Source: Heptranchias perlo
Lineage: Eukaryota
Length of the DNA stretch: 64,000 nucleotides
Assembly: GCF_035084215.1 (NCBI RefSeq)
Contig: NC_090358.1
Coordinates: 9,920,001-9,984,000 of the forward strand
Direction: 5' to 3'
Every line of letters begins with the position of its first letter. Position 1 is the first letter of the stretch. The notes beneath the pieces are model-generated. The model worked only from the letters and a program-made list of their open reading frames with translations. It had not been told where the DNA came from and did not search any database. Shown one piece after another: positions 23,631-37,201 of this stretch. A program made the position numbers and the translations under genes.

Positions 23631-25060
23631 GGTAGTAGACAGAAGGCTGGAAATAATAGACCAGTTATCTGTGGTGGGTAAAATTTTGGAGTCTATTATT
23701 AAGGAGACAGTAGCAGAACATTTGGATAAACATAATTTAATAGGACAAAGTCAACATAGCTTTACGAAGGGGAAGTCATGTCTGACAAATTTGCTTGAGT
23801 TCTTTGAGGACATAACGTACAGGGTGGATAAAGGGGAACCAGTGGACGTAGTGTATTTAGACTTCCAGAAGGCATTCGACAAGGTGCCACATAAAAGATT
23901 ATTGCTCAAGATAAAGAATCACTGGATTGGGGGTAATATTCTGGCATGGGTGGAGGATTGGTTATCTAACAGGAAGCAGAGAGTTGGGATAAATGGTTCA
24001 TTCTCGGACTGGCAACCAGTGGCCAGTGGTGTTCCGCAGGGGTCGGTGCTGGGTCCCCAACTCTTTACGATCTATATTAACGATTTGGAGGAGGGGAACG
24101 AGTGCAACATATCGAAGTTTGCAGAATGTACAAAGATGGGAGGGAAAGTAGAGAGTGAGGAGGACATAAAAAACCTACAAGGGGATATTGACAGGCTGGG
24201 TGAGTGGGCGGAGATTTGGCAGATGAAATACAATATTGGAAAATGTGAGGTTATGCACTTTGGCAGGAAAAACCAGAGAGCAAGTTATTTTCTTGATGGC
24301 AAGAGACTGGAAAGTACTGCAGTACAAAGGGATCTGGGGGTCCTAGTGCAAGAAAATCAAAAAGTTAGTATGCAGGTGCAACAGGTGATCAAGAAGGCCA
24401 GCGGAATGTTGGCTTTTATTGCTAGGGGGATAGAATATAAAAACAGGGAGGTATTGCTGCAGTTACATAAGGTATTGGTGAGACCGCACCTGGAATACTG
24501 CATACAGTTTTGGTGTCCATACTTAAAAGACATACTTGCTCTCGAGGCAGTACAAAGAAGGTTCACTCGGCTAATCCCGGGGATGAGGGGGTGGACATAT
24601 GAGGAGAGGTTGAGTAGATTGGGACTCTACTCATTGGAGTTCAGAAGAACGAGAGGCGATCTTATTGAAACATATAAGATTGTGAAGGGGCTTGATCGGG
24701 TGGATGCGGTGAGGATGTTCCCAAGGTTGGGTGAAACTGGAACTAGGGGGCATAATCTTAGAATAAGGGGCTGCTCCTTCAAAACTGAGATGAGGAGAAA
24801 CTTCTTCATTCAGAGGGTGGTAGGTTTGTGGAATTTGCTGCCCCAGGAAGCTGTGGAAGCTACATCATTGAATAAATTCAAAGCAGAAATAGACAGTTTC
24901 CTAGAAGTGAAGGGAATTAGGGGTTACGGGGAGCGGGCAGGAAATTGGACATGAATTTAGATTTGAGGTTAGGATCAGATCAGCCATGATCTTATTAAAT
25001 GGCGGAGCAGGCTCGAAGGGCCGATTGGCCTACTCCTGCTCCTATTTCTTATGTTCTTAT
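23631..25060 (+). mobile_element. CR1 LINE, 5'-truncated, with open RT-domain frame (427 aa), in a DET1 intron
   Basis: VYLDFQKAFDKVPH, SGVPQGSVLGPQLFTIYINDL, LVRPHLEYCIQFW and TRGHNL motifs; 3' tail ttcttatgttcttat. The catalytic FADD motif reads FAEC. Confidence 0.95.
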
Positions 25061-26286
25061 GAAGAGTTGTGGTGAGAGATCCCGTTATGGCAATTCCCCA
25101 AACCACTACTTCTGAGAGATTCAGAGAATGCCGGATACCAGCCTGTTGGAGAGCTGCAGACACTGGGACAAAGGTAGACAGAGATCTGGATTAGGGGAAG
25201 GCAAACAATGTGCTCTTTTGTTTGGAAGGGTGTCAATCACCAGAGATCAGGATATTCTCCTGGTGTCTTGGCCAACATTCTTCATTCGGTCAACAGTACC
25301 AAAAACAGGTTAACTAGTTGGATTGCCAGCTCTGGTTGGACCTATTCCTGTAGGTTGGGCTGCATGACATTTGGTCATGTGACATTAATTCATTTAACAT
25401 TGTACAGCAGAAATGAATGGCCTACCTTTTAAATGTCCATTTATATTTCTTCCCTCGTTTGGGTGCTGGTCATTAGAAGTTGTCTGCTGGCCATCAGAAA
25501 CAATTTAAGTTTATCACTAACTTTAGCCTTTCAGCTGAATTCAGTTATTATCTCTGCTGGTATGGCAGATTTATGACAATGCACTGTGCTTGATAGTTCA
25601 TGGCTTTGAACATTTATTGCAATAAGTAGCATCCCATCGTGAACCTGGGACACTGTTATGGGTAATAACCCAAGACATTCTCCGTACTGAAGCTGTTTGT
25701 TTTATGACTGTGTACATATTTACACACAGTTACAGGACAGAATATTCTGGAATACTTTTTATATTCGTGAATTGACCGTTTGGGCCATCAGAGGCGGGAA
25801 CTGGAACGTGGAATTACTTTTCTCCCAGGTCGCCAGCAGCAGCGCCTGGGAGAACGAGCATCCATTCTGGGAGAGTTGGCAGTTCTATAAATCTGGTCAT
25901 GGATCTCTTTGCTATTTGTGGGATCCTGCTGTCACAAAATGGCTGAAGCATTTGCCTACATAAGATGGTCACTGTATTTCAAAGTGATTCATTGTACGTG
26001 AAGCCCTTTGAAATGTTTAGGAGAGATGTAATAAGGAGCTGTGTATCCTCATTCCCACCCTCCTTAATCCTTGCTGGTAGTGTAGCTGCTACAGTCTTGC
26101 TGGTGACTTTGACCCCCATTTCTGTGAATCCAGTGGTCAGCCTTTTTAAAAAAAAATGTGTGCCCATCAAATTCTCAGCAGCAGAGTTCACGTGTACAAC
26201 TTTTGTTTATTTCTAAGTTTTTGCTTAGCCTTCATTGCATTTTAAATCCTTAGCCCGTGTCAGAGACGTTCACCGAGTCAGTGTAG

Positions 26287-26541
<255 letters not shown>

Positions 26542-27453
26542 TAATGTAATCCACTCCACTTGGACAAGGCGGAACATCGGGTGAAATTGATATTCCCTGG
26601 TTGAATGTTAAGTGACATATACAGTTTTTTCTTTTTCCAGGGTACTGGTTTTAACTATTTCTAGTCCATATAAACTAGGGAGAGTTATAGTACAAGCACA
26701 GGCTGTGCAGGGATTCCCTTTCATAGAATTTTACAGCTATTCGACCCATTGTACCTGTGGTGCCTCTCTGAAAAAGCTATCCACTTAGTCCCATTCCCTT
26801 TATCCTTTCCATTTACCCTTTAAAATTTTTCTTTTTCAAATATTTCTCCACACCCCTTTTAAAAGGTTATATGGATTCTACTTCCACCACAATCTAGTAG
26901 AGCGTTCCATGTACTGACTCCCCCATACCTATTATTTTTGTGTCTTTCCTCCTCACCCCCAAGATTTCTCCCCATCTCTCCTGCAGTTGCTGATTTGCTT
27001 CTGATGTGTAGTTCCACAGATGCTGGCTACTCTCCAGTACGTCATCCAAGTGGTCATTCTTGACGTGAGCCTAGCTAATGAGTAAGGTATATTCATCATA
27101 GCTAAGCTCAATCCTGTTCTCTCATCCGATGTCCACAGACATGTGCCTTTTCTCACAAGTTGCTGGATCCTGATCAGGAGTGGGAACCCTGGATGATTGC
27201 CCCCTCCCTAACCCAGGGAGGCTAGTTGTAGCAGCACAACTGAGAGAAACTAACTCTGCACAGACTAGGGAGTGAAGCAAGGACCTTCTGGTCTGTATAG
27301 CTCAGTGCCACACTGGGTGGGTCAGTTAATTGTCTATATGGCTTAGTGCCATACCAGGGGAGCACTTACCCTCACGCTCCAGCTCCATTTATTGCCGAAT
27401 TCAAACCTGTGACTAACATTTCAATCATTGTGTTGCTAACCTACTGCTGCTGA

Positions 27454-27675
<222 letters not shown>

Positions 27676-28660
27676 AGACATTGTGCAATCTACGAGCATT
27701 TGTACTGTTCGGTTTCGCTGCGTACTTTTTATGGGGCCTCACGAAGGGATCCTTATAAAACTCTGAAACTACCAAAGGTAGAGCTTTGAAGATCATCAGT
27801 CAAAAGTGGTAACACTCTAGTAACTACCCCTTAAAGGGGCATGTCAGATTCAGGCCTCTGATTAGTCTTTGAATGATCAGGAGCTTTAATGCAGCAGTTG
27901 TCTCAGCTGAAACGGTAAACCTTATGTATGTGGTGTGTCTGGAGTGTTGTCCTTATCCTTGTGTGTCTCATTCATTTTCAGTTCATTACATATTAGATGT
28001 TAAAACAATGGCAGGCAGACCTGGTCATTCGAATGGTTAACTGCCGAGTAGAAAATGATGGACTCCGTGCAATAAACTTTGTTTATAGTTTTGCCATTTT
28101 GGGGAAAATAAGTACCATTTTAAATTGGGAACCACTGATGGATGAGTCTCATAATGATCCTGGGGCGGGGTGGGGGGGGGGGGGGGGAGTGGAGCCTGAG
28201 AATGCTAGTGTAATCAGTAATAAAAACAGAAAATGCTGGAAATACACAGCAGGTCTGATTTTGGAAAGAGAAAATCCAGATTAATAGCCTTTTATTGGAA
28301 GCTTCCAATCATTAGGTTGGTCCTATCCAAAATGTTAACCTGTCTTTTATTTCCAGTATTTTGAGTATTGTTTAACTGACACTGGGTGTAAATTACCAGC
28401 TCTGTCCAATTTAAGGTACTGTATCCTCTTTTTATTTCACCAGTGATGTGAATTTATTGTACCAGATTTAATTTTATGTGGAAGTGTCCGTGGTACAATG
28501 CAACTCTTAAAATTTGTTTTTTTATATAAGAATTATTGTATGATGGATTTCTAATTTTACAAATGAAATATTACATGGGCTTTAAACTTATTTTTTCATA
28601 TGAAAACGCTACATTTTGAAAACACCTTTTTATGTGTGAATTTATCACATCAACTGTGTC

Positions 28661-28666
28661 AATAAA
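28661..28666 (+). terminator. DET1: Likely DET1 polyadenylation signal (AATAAA)
   Basis: Follows an AU-rich 3' UTR and is followed by a GT/T-rich downstream element (tgtgtttcattttctgttg). Other AATAAA hexamers lie at 28071 and 28219. Confidence 0.6.
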
Positions 28667-29842
28667 ATTTTTAGAAAATGATGTGTTTCATTTTCTGTTG
28701 ATTTCTTATTTCACCTATACATGTGCACTCTATCATGCTATAGAGGGACATTAGAGACATTATAGGAACAGTTCAGGAACACATGCCTATATATGGGGAC
28801 ACTTCATGGACAAGTGCCAGAATCCATTAGATCTTCAGTCTACTGCTCTCCCAGTTTCTGTTTACACAATGAAAGATGCTTTTCATTTCTGAGATCTGTG
28901 AAAGTAATATCAAAAGGTAAATGACCAAAGTTTCCATCATTCAGGCTGTTTTTCCCCTTGAAGTTAATTGAGTGTTCTTGCAATGGAACTGTTACAATTA
29001 ATGCCTATTGCTCCCCGATTGTTTGATGATTGAATGCACTACCTGGTGGGGTACTGATCTGTACAGACTAGGAAAATCTTGGGTTCCAGTTCTGGTCTGT
29101 GCTAAATTTCATCGTCCTTAAAACATATATGTTGATGGTGCTTGTTCTTTTATGAACACAGGAATGTTCAGGAACAGAAAAGACCATTGTGATTCATGAT
29201 ATTAGCCCCATCGTTCAATAATCCCATATTCTTATACCCCTCAATTGCTTCCTTCACCAAAAAGCTAATGCGTTCCCTTTTAAAATTACTGACACTATCC
29301 ATCTCCACTGTTTCCTTGGGCAGTCTTTTCCACATTCACCACCCTCTGTGTGAAGTAGTTAATCAGTTCACCTCTTTGAGCTTGAGTCTGTGTTCCCCAG
29401 TGAGTTTGTGGCTGTTTCAAACTAGTTAGAATCTTGAAATCATCGCTAAGGTTTCCCCTGAGTCTTCATTTTTGAAACATAGTTTGTGTGTGTCACGGCA
29501 AAGGGGAAAAGAAACACTAAGTAACTGCAGTTCCTGTGCCAACTGAGCAGTTAAGAATGACAAAAATGCTGTATTCTGCTGACAGGCTTAATAGGATCTA
29601 ATGACCTGAGTGACTAGGTGGACTCTTTCCTTTTCGGAATTGAGCAGCCTACTAATTGCTGTTGTCTTGGCAACCCAGAACAGTGTAATGGAGATTGTTG
29701 AAATGATGTTTGCTTCAAATTTATCTCTCTGTTTTTGTAATAAAAACAGAAATACACAGCATCTGGAAAGAGAAAAGAGAGGCTAACATTTTGGGTAGAG
29801 TCTTGAGACCTGACAAATGGTCTCCACTTGAATCAATAACTT

Positions 29843-30800
29843 ACATAGAAACATAGAAAGTAGGAGCGAGAGTAGGCCATTTGGCCCTTCGGGCCTGCTC
29901 TGCCATTCAAAATGATCATGGCTGATCGTCTAACTCAGTACCCTGTTCCTGCTTTTTCCCCATATCCCTTGATCCCTTTAGCGTTAAGAAATATATCTAT
30001 CTCCTTGAATACATCTAATGACTTGGCCTCCACTGCTTTCTGTGGTAGAGAATTCCACAGGTTTACCACCCTCTGAGTGAAGAAATTTCTCATCTGTTCT
30101 AAATGGCATACCCCGTAGCCTGAGACTGTGACCCCTGGTTCTGGACTCCCCAGCCATCGGGAACATCCTCCCTGCAACTAGTCTGTCTAGTCCTGTTAGA
30201 ATTTTATATGTTTCGATGAGATCACCTCTCATTCTTCTAAACTCTAGTGAATATAGGCCTAGTCGACCCAATCTTTCCTCATACGTCAGTCCTGCCATCC
30301 CAGGAATCAGTCTGGTAAACTTTTGTTGCACTCCCTCCATGGCAAGGACATCCTTCCTCAGATAAGGAGACCAAAACTGCACAGAATACTCCAGATGTGG
30401 TCTCACGAAGGCCCTGTATAACTGCAGTAAGACATCCCTGCTCCTGTACTCAAATCCTCTTGCAATGAAGGCCAACATACCATTTGCCTTCCTAACTGCT
30501 TGCTGCACCTGAATGCTCGCTTTCAGCGACTGGTGTACAAGGACATCCAGGTCTCGTTGCACCTCCCCTTTTCCCAATCTATCACCATTCAGATTATAAT
30601 CTGCCTTTCTGTTTTTACAACCAAAGTGGATAACCTCACATATATCCACGTTATACTGCATCTGCCATGTTCTTGCCCACTCACCCAACTTGTCTAAATC
30701 ACATTGGAACCTCTTTGCATCCTCCTCACAGCTCACATTCCATCCCAGCTTTGTTCGAATGCAAACTTGGAAATGTTACATTTAGTTCCCTCATCCATTT
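29843..30800 (-). mobile_element. CR1 LINE, 5'-truncated
   Basis: acatagaaacatagaa tail. Minus ORF has WQMQYNV, LYRAFVRPHLEYSVQFWSP, LYSLEFRRMRGDLIE and SRTRGH. Confidence 0.95.
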
Positions 30801-32655
30801 ATTTTTTCAGACACTTAACAGAGTTGTTGTGTATTCTTGGCTTTCTCTGTTTTGAATTTCACGTAGTTAACATAGTTTTTTTTTCTTTTTAACTTCCCAA
30901 TTCTTTTTTTTGTGCTCTCATTCAGCACTGGGCTGTGATCTAGTCTTCAACCGTTCTGCGAGGTTTGGTAATGAAACTAATCGTCCTGTTTTTTGTTACT
31001 GTTAATTCCTTTGAAGTAAAAAAATATTCAGCGAATCATAGAATTTACAGCACAGAAAGAGGCCATTCACCCCATCATGCCTGTGTTGGTGCTAGCTCTT
31101 CAGCTGGAGCTCATTTCTCTCTATCCTTTGACACTGACTGGGAAGACATCCAGCTTTAGAAGGAAGAGGTGATTAAGTGAGACTGGCGGACATACTGAGG
31201 GCTGTGTGAGACAGTCTCCCAGGCAATTAGTTCATACAGACTTTGAAAAAAAATTACACTGAATTTTCCATGTTCTGCAGTGATTTTTCATGTTAAAATG
31301 TACATTAGTTGGGCTGGTTATAAATAACATCAATTGCTCTTCTGATGGCTCAGAGAGTAGATACACTGCCTGTTGTGGTACTGATCCATATAGACCAGGA
31401 AAGTCTTGGGTATTAAGCCTGTGTTAGCTCTTCCACTGGAGCTGTCTAATCACATTTCCCTGCACGCTTTTACAGAGACTGGTAAGAGATCCAACTATGC
31501 TGAGTTAGCTTATCTCAGTCTGGTATAGCCACAGGAGCACTATAAATGCCCTCTTTGCCCTTACTGTTGTACAAGGATGGGAAACGGTTGTGGGGGGGAA
31601 ATTGGCCTGGGTTTCCACTCCTGATTACCCCTGCTGGACAGGATGTGTGGACATCAGTTGAGCACAGGATTGGGCTTGGATGTGATGTCCTCCTTCGATG
31701 AATAGTCTGATGACAGTTTAGGCTCCTACACAAAGAGTGGCCAATTGAGTGGAGTACCAGAGGGTGCTTGTGGAACCATACTCCTGCCCAAGTTGGCATC
31801 TTTAGGAGAGGAAAAGGTTAAAGTTGGTGAGAACAAGGGGGAAAAATGAAAGGAAACAGAGAGCATATTAGTGATAAAAAGGAAAACTGACAATGCTGGA
31901 AATCTGAAATAAAAGCATATTCACTTAAATATTTGTAGTGCTTGTCTCTGTGAAATAGAAGCTATAAGTACATTAAAAGCTCATTGAACATCAAGCACAT
32001 TCTTTAGTGGGTGCACTGGCTGTAAAGCTAAAACCTACTCTGCAATTTTGTGCACCAGGTACTCAAGTGCAGTGCTTAACAAGAGCTGAAAAGGTACTTT
32101 AATTATAAGGGAAAGGTAGGATGAAAAGCTCTAAGTGCACTTTGTACTCTAAGTAAATTGATCCTCACCCTTCTTTTATTTCTTTGGTTTTTTTTCTGAC
32201 AAACACGTGCTGAGGGGCGCAGGGATATCAAATATAAAGGGCAAGGAGAATGAGTTAAGCTACTGTTCTGGCTATTTGGCCGCCGATTATAAACTTTGCA
32301 GCGAGCCTTTCCAAAGTGAGTGCTAATTATGCAGGCATAATGCAAAGTGAACAGAGTGTATTATGTAAACAACAAATACAATGATTGCAGTGAAATCGTC
32401 TGTTTCTTCAGAACATAACACTGTTGAATAATTTCAGAATTTGTTTCCTCTGCAGGGGTGAGTGAGAGAACAGTTTTATTCAATACTAGTTTCAGCATAA
32501 AGTATCTGATGGAAAACGTTTTCAAGAAGGAGTGGAGGGAGGAGAATGTTTATTTTGTCCCTCAGTGGCTGCTTTGTTATAAACATTCATATATATTTAA
32601 AAAATTACTCTGTGGACTTCCTGTGAACTTTTTTTGTGTTAAATTCCTAGATCCT

Positions 32656-32789
32656 TTTATAATCAAAACGGCCTATGTAAACTTGGCTGTAATTACATTC
32701 TACCCCCACTAACAGCACTGCAGTGTCACTACTGGCAAGAGGGTGTAATTATAGTATGACAAGTTTATGTAGGCTGTTTCCATTATAAA
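32656..32789. repeat. Imperfect inverted repeat, MITE-like
   Basis: tttataatcaaaacggcctatgtaaacttg...taattaca pairs with tgtaatta...caagtttatgtaggctgtttccattataaa. Confidence 0.65.
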
Positions 32790-34825
32790 GTGGAAATAGG
32801 ATATTACAATGGAAATATAGAAATAGACAGAATATGACTTTAAAATGGGAACTCATGTTCTGCTCCAGTTATCCCCTGGCCATTAACCCCATTTTATCTT
32901 TAGATTACACTTGTTCTTGACTCCCTATGTGTAACATCACAGGAGATTGACTCGTAGAGTAAAAGTAAGACCATGAATGCTAGATGTTCACAGTAAAGCA
33001 AAACAGAAAATGCTGGAAATACGTAAGTCAGCCAGCATCTGAGAGAGAAAAAAACAACTTAATGTTCCAGTTGGACCTACTTGGTTAGAACCTGATATGT
33101 TAATCTCTCTTTTCTGTTGATTGAATATCCAACAATTTTTGTTTTGCTTCTACTCCAAGCATCCCCTTTCTACCCTTAGGGAGCAGTGATGGGGAGAAGA
33201 CAGTGGACAAAAAAGGGAAGGTCGCTGTGCTTCTTTTGAGGAATGAATATCCATCTCCAAACTAGCAAGGCTTGTCCTGACTGGGCAGAAGAGAGTCGTG
33301 GATTTTGATCGTTCTTTAATGGAAAAGTAAACGGTGAGAGAGGATATGATTTCTGTTAGCATTTTAAAAAAAAAATCTGCCTGGAAATGAAACTTTTTAT
33401 TTCAGCTTTTGTACTAAATGCTATCATCAAGCACTCCCAGATCAGGTGCAGCACCCTCTACATTACTTCAGAAAGCATTGCCAGGTTGGGTAAAGCACAG
33501 ATTTAAATACAGAGAAATGGTCCCTCTACACTGCCCCAGCAAGCAATCCCATGCGCCTCAGCCCAGCCTCACAGGGTGCTCCTATTACATTAGTGTGGCA
33601 TTTTTCCATTTCCTACATTACCAGTTTATTACTGAATTGGGAGTGGGCGGGGGGGGGGGGGGGGGGAAAGAGAGGGGTTGACCCTACCCAAATCATTTCA
33701 TGTGGGATCATTACAGCCAAGATAGTGTGAAATATTAACCCACCCTATTGCATTTTAAAAGCTGGGAAATAAACTCAATAATGTACTAAAGGAGATAATT
33801 CTCAAGAAAAAGTGAGTCTAGTAGAAAACAAGAGAGTAAAAACATAATTTATTTTATGGTTAAACTGGCATTCCAGTCAGGCACTCGGCGTAAATACCAA
33901 GTAGTTGTTTTTGGAACATAATTACAGCAGAAATGTTTTTGTTCACTCTGGTACCAGATCCCCGCTGATTTAATCCCAATGGGGAGCTGTCCTTAGAGCC
34001 TTCCACAGCTCAATTAGTGCGTGGATACAGTGCGCGGTGTAGCAACGAGCTGTGTGTGTCCGCAATCAGCACTTACGTGAGGTCAGAAATTTGGTCCCAA
34101 CCCTGCTGTCCTTTATCTTATTTCAAACAGCACCTCATCTAATCTGCAACTGCAATCATTGTCTGATAGTGATTTAGGAACTGGAGGAAATGCTCGTTAA
34201 TGTCTTTAATGTATTCTTGAAGGTTTTACATATAAGTGGTAAGTTTGCTGGGATAGATTGAATCTTTGCATTCAGCAGCCCCCCTGCTGAATGCAGAGGA
34301 GGGCTTTAATTAATATTAAAGGCCTTTGATGAACAATAAGCCATTCACACTACCACCTGAAATCAATATGAATGTTGTTGCTCTGAGCTGAATTAGCTCT
34401 TACTATTCAAACCGCAATGGGCACACGTTGGACATTAACAGATTAGAGCAGGACACACGTTCAGGCTGGTGAGCAACAAACCAGACTGTTGCACGCACCT
34501 GATTTTAATCCATTTTTATGAAACCTGAATCAGTGTCAAAGTTTTCTCCAAATTATGAGTAAGTTAATATAGCAACTGCTTTTTTAAAAGGGTATTGTCG
34601 TTCAGATTTTCAGGTTTGCAATGAAGAAATTGTTGCCAGAAAACAAACAGGAAGTTATAGAATGCAATAGTAGTTGGATTTTTCCATTTTTCAGTTTATT
34701 TTAGGACAGGTTCTTATGATTTTTTTTTGTGCTCATTAAGGTGAACACTTTCTACTTCAGGGCTTTCAACATGAACATATAAAATTGGAACCTGTCTCCT
34801 CGGTATTTACCCAGCGCAGTCTGTT

Positions 34826-34831
34826 TTTATT
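34826..34831 (-). terminator. MRPS11: Candidate MRPS11 polyadenylation signal (AATAAA on minus strand; a second at 34695-34700)
   Basis: tttatt on the plus strand, ~145 nt past the stop codon. Confidence 0.5.
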
Positions 34832-34974
34832 GCTGCAGTCGACCTCTTATAACAGGTTAATTTGAATTCCAACATTTGAATGCAGTTAGTGTTGGTGTGT
34901 GTTGAATAGAGGACATTCTGAAACAAGTGGTTGGTTCTGTTGATTCCTTTTTATCAGTTACGCATCGTGAAGCT

Positions 34975-35082
34975 TCACATCCTGCGGGCTTTCCGTGGTC
35001 GGCAGCCATTGTGGGGGATAGGCGTGTTGTCTGTGATTGAAACCACCTGGAGGCCGCCCATGCTTAATCCTTTTATGGCCGA
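34975..35082 (-). CDS. MRPS11: Mitochondrial ribosomal protein S11 (uS11m), coding exon 6 (last)
   Basis: ttgcag|[35 protein letters not shown]; [12 protein letters not shown] is the uS11 signature. 108 nt. Confidence 0.97.
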   Translation of the reverse strand, partial: SAIKGLSMGGLQVVSITDNTPIPHNGCRPRKARRM

Positions 35083-35251
35083 CTGCAATAGAAGATAAAA
35101 GGGCTGAAGCTAGGAACACAACAGTGAAGCTTCACATTTGCTACACCCACATCCTCCAGTGTATATTTTTTTTTAAAAAACACATTTTTAACATTTTATC
35201 AAAAAAATCATCAAAGCTCCCTGATAATTCAGCGAGTTTATCCCATCAATA

Positions 35252-35476
35252 ATAAAAACAGAAAATGCTGGAAAAGCTCAGCAAGTGAGGCAGCATCTGT
35301 GGAGAAAGAAACAGAGTTAACGTTTCAGGTCGAAGACCTTTAATTTGACGAAAGGTCTTCGGCCTGAAACGTTAACTCTGTTTCTTTCTCCACAGATGCT
35401 GCCTCACTTGCTGAGTTTTTCCAGCATTTTCTGCTTTTATTTCAGATTTCCAGCATCCGCAGTATTTTGCTTTTTA
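35252..35476 (+). mobile_element. Penelope-type 3'-end remnant (second family) with ~90-bp fold-back and 15-bp TSD
   Basis: Arms 35252-35341 and 35351-35440 are near-perfect reverse complements. TTTATCCCATCAATA at 35237-35251 and 35477-35491. Contains hammerhead-like TGACGA-aaggtcttcggcct-GAAA-CGTT. Confidence 0.8.
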
Positions 35477-35859
35477 TTTATCCCATCAATAGCTCTGCTC
35501 AAAAGGTCCCAAGTTCCAACCCCCGATCTCACCTGAGGTGCCAGTAGGAATACTAAATTGACATCAGCCCTCTTGGAATCGGGAGCAAAAAAACAACCAG
35601 GGTTCCTGCTCCAGATCACTATCCAGTGACCCCTGCTGGAAAGTGCACATGTGGTTGTCAGGCGAGGACACAATCAGCTGTGAAACTCACCACAGTTGTA
35701 TAGCATGTTGACACTCAATGTCTAGGCTTAGAAATAAGAATGGCCACTTAGGTGAGGCACTGAAGGTCGACAGGCAGTTGTGGAACTGTACCCCAGTTAG
35801 AGTTAGTGCCTTCAGGACAGGAGAGAAAACCAGGGAGGGAGAAGTGTACAAATAGATGC

Positions 35860-36230
35860 AGCATAACACCAATCAGACACAGAGTAACACTGATGTGAGT
35901 AACATCAATTATACACCAACCAGATACAGAGCAATGAGATACGGAATAGCATCAATCAGACAAGAGTATCAGATACAGTGTAATACCAATCAGACACAGA
36001 GTAAGACCAATGTGAGTAACAATCAGACAGATTAACATCAATCAGATACAGAACAATCAGCTATAGAGTAGCATCAATAAGACAATAATATCATAAACAG
36101 TAAAAACCAATCAAAAGTGTATCAGGCAAGAGTAACAATCAAACAAGAGTTAATATCAATCAGTTAAAGAGTGGCACCAATCAGATATAGAATAACATCA
36201 GACAAGAGTAACAACCAATCAGACAAATTA
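35860..36230. repeat. Degenerate ~21-bp minisatellite (aatcagatacagagtaacacc-like)
   Basis: Recurring caatcaga(c/t)a and agagtaaca motifs. Confidence 0.75.
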
Positions 36231-37201
36231 CAAATAGCAAATAAATCTTGCAATAAATGAGTACAACAAAGGATCTGTGAATAAGTACAGAACTATCTCA
36301 GGGACTGCAAAGGACAAATTATTTACACAAGAACCAAAGCCAATAGGAGGAGGAGGAGGAAAAAAACCCCTCAGATCCCTAGACGAGGGGAGGGAAAGCC
36401 AGAGACAGCTAAGACAGGGGGTCAGCTCAGAGGGTGACACTAAGACCTCCCATCTAAGACAGACCTGACTTCCAGAGAAACAGGATGAGGATCCAAAAGT
36501 TCTAGACCCCCAGGACAGTGTGCTGCAAAAAAGACCAAAACTCACAAATAGGCAAACTTCTTTCACAGTGCATCCCCTAGCTTAGTCACCAGTTATGTAA
36601 AATATATTTTGGCAATCATTCCAGTGTCTCATACTCATTTCTATTGTCAGATTTATGTTGAAACTCTGCTATGATCTTTTCTGGCACATCAGTCAGGTCC
36701 TACACAAACTGAGAAGCATCATGTTGAAAATATTTTATTCTGCAAACAGATTCAGATTTAAAACTTTTAAGCACTATGTTTTAAATGAGGTTGCTTTCAG
36801 AATATTAAAAAGAAATTCTTTAAAAATAGTTCAACTGAAAGGTGCCCAGTAAACATGGCTCCAGGAGATAATCATAGCAGCTGAGAACATGACAGGTATC
36901 ATATATTTCAGTGTTTTAAACTGTAGCTTAAATCAATATGCAGCAGATTTATTGGCACCAGCTCCCCCACATATTAAATTAATCCAGATAATAAAAATGT
37001 GTTCTTTTACAGAAGCTATACAGATCAGAAGAAATAAATCTAACTTTTACACTCTGCTGCTGAGGTAGTTGTGCTGTGTGGTGCAAATGCAGGCAGGTCT
37101 CCCCTTCCTCTTGCCCCCTCAGGTTAGAAGGTGTCTATCTGAATTACTGATTTGTGCTACAAATTCAAGAGGCCTGTAGGTTGAGGATGTATGTCATCAG
37201 T

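Noticed and set aside
36277-36580. Charged, protein-looking reading frame in MRPS11 intron 5
   Set aside because: Short, interrupted by a stop, no convincing splice sites or recognisable domain.
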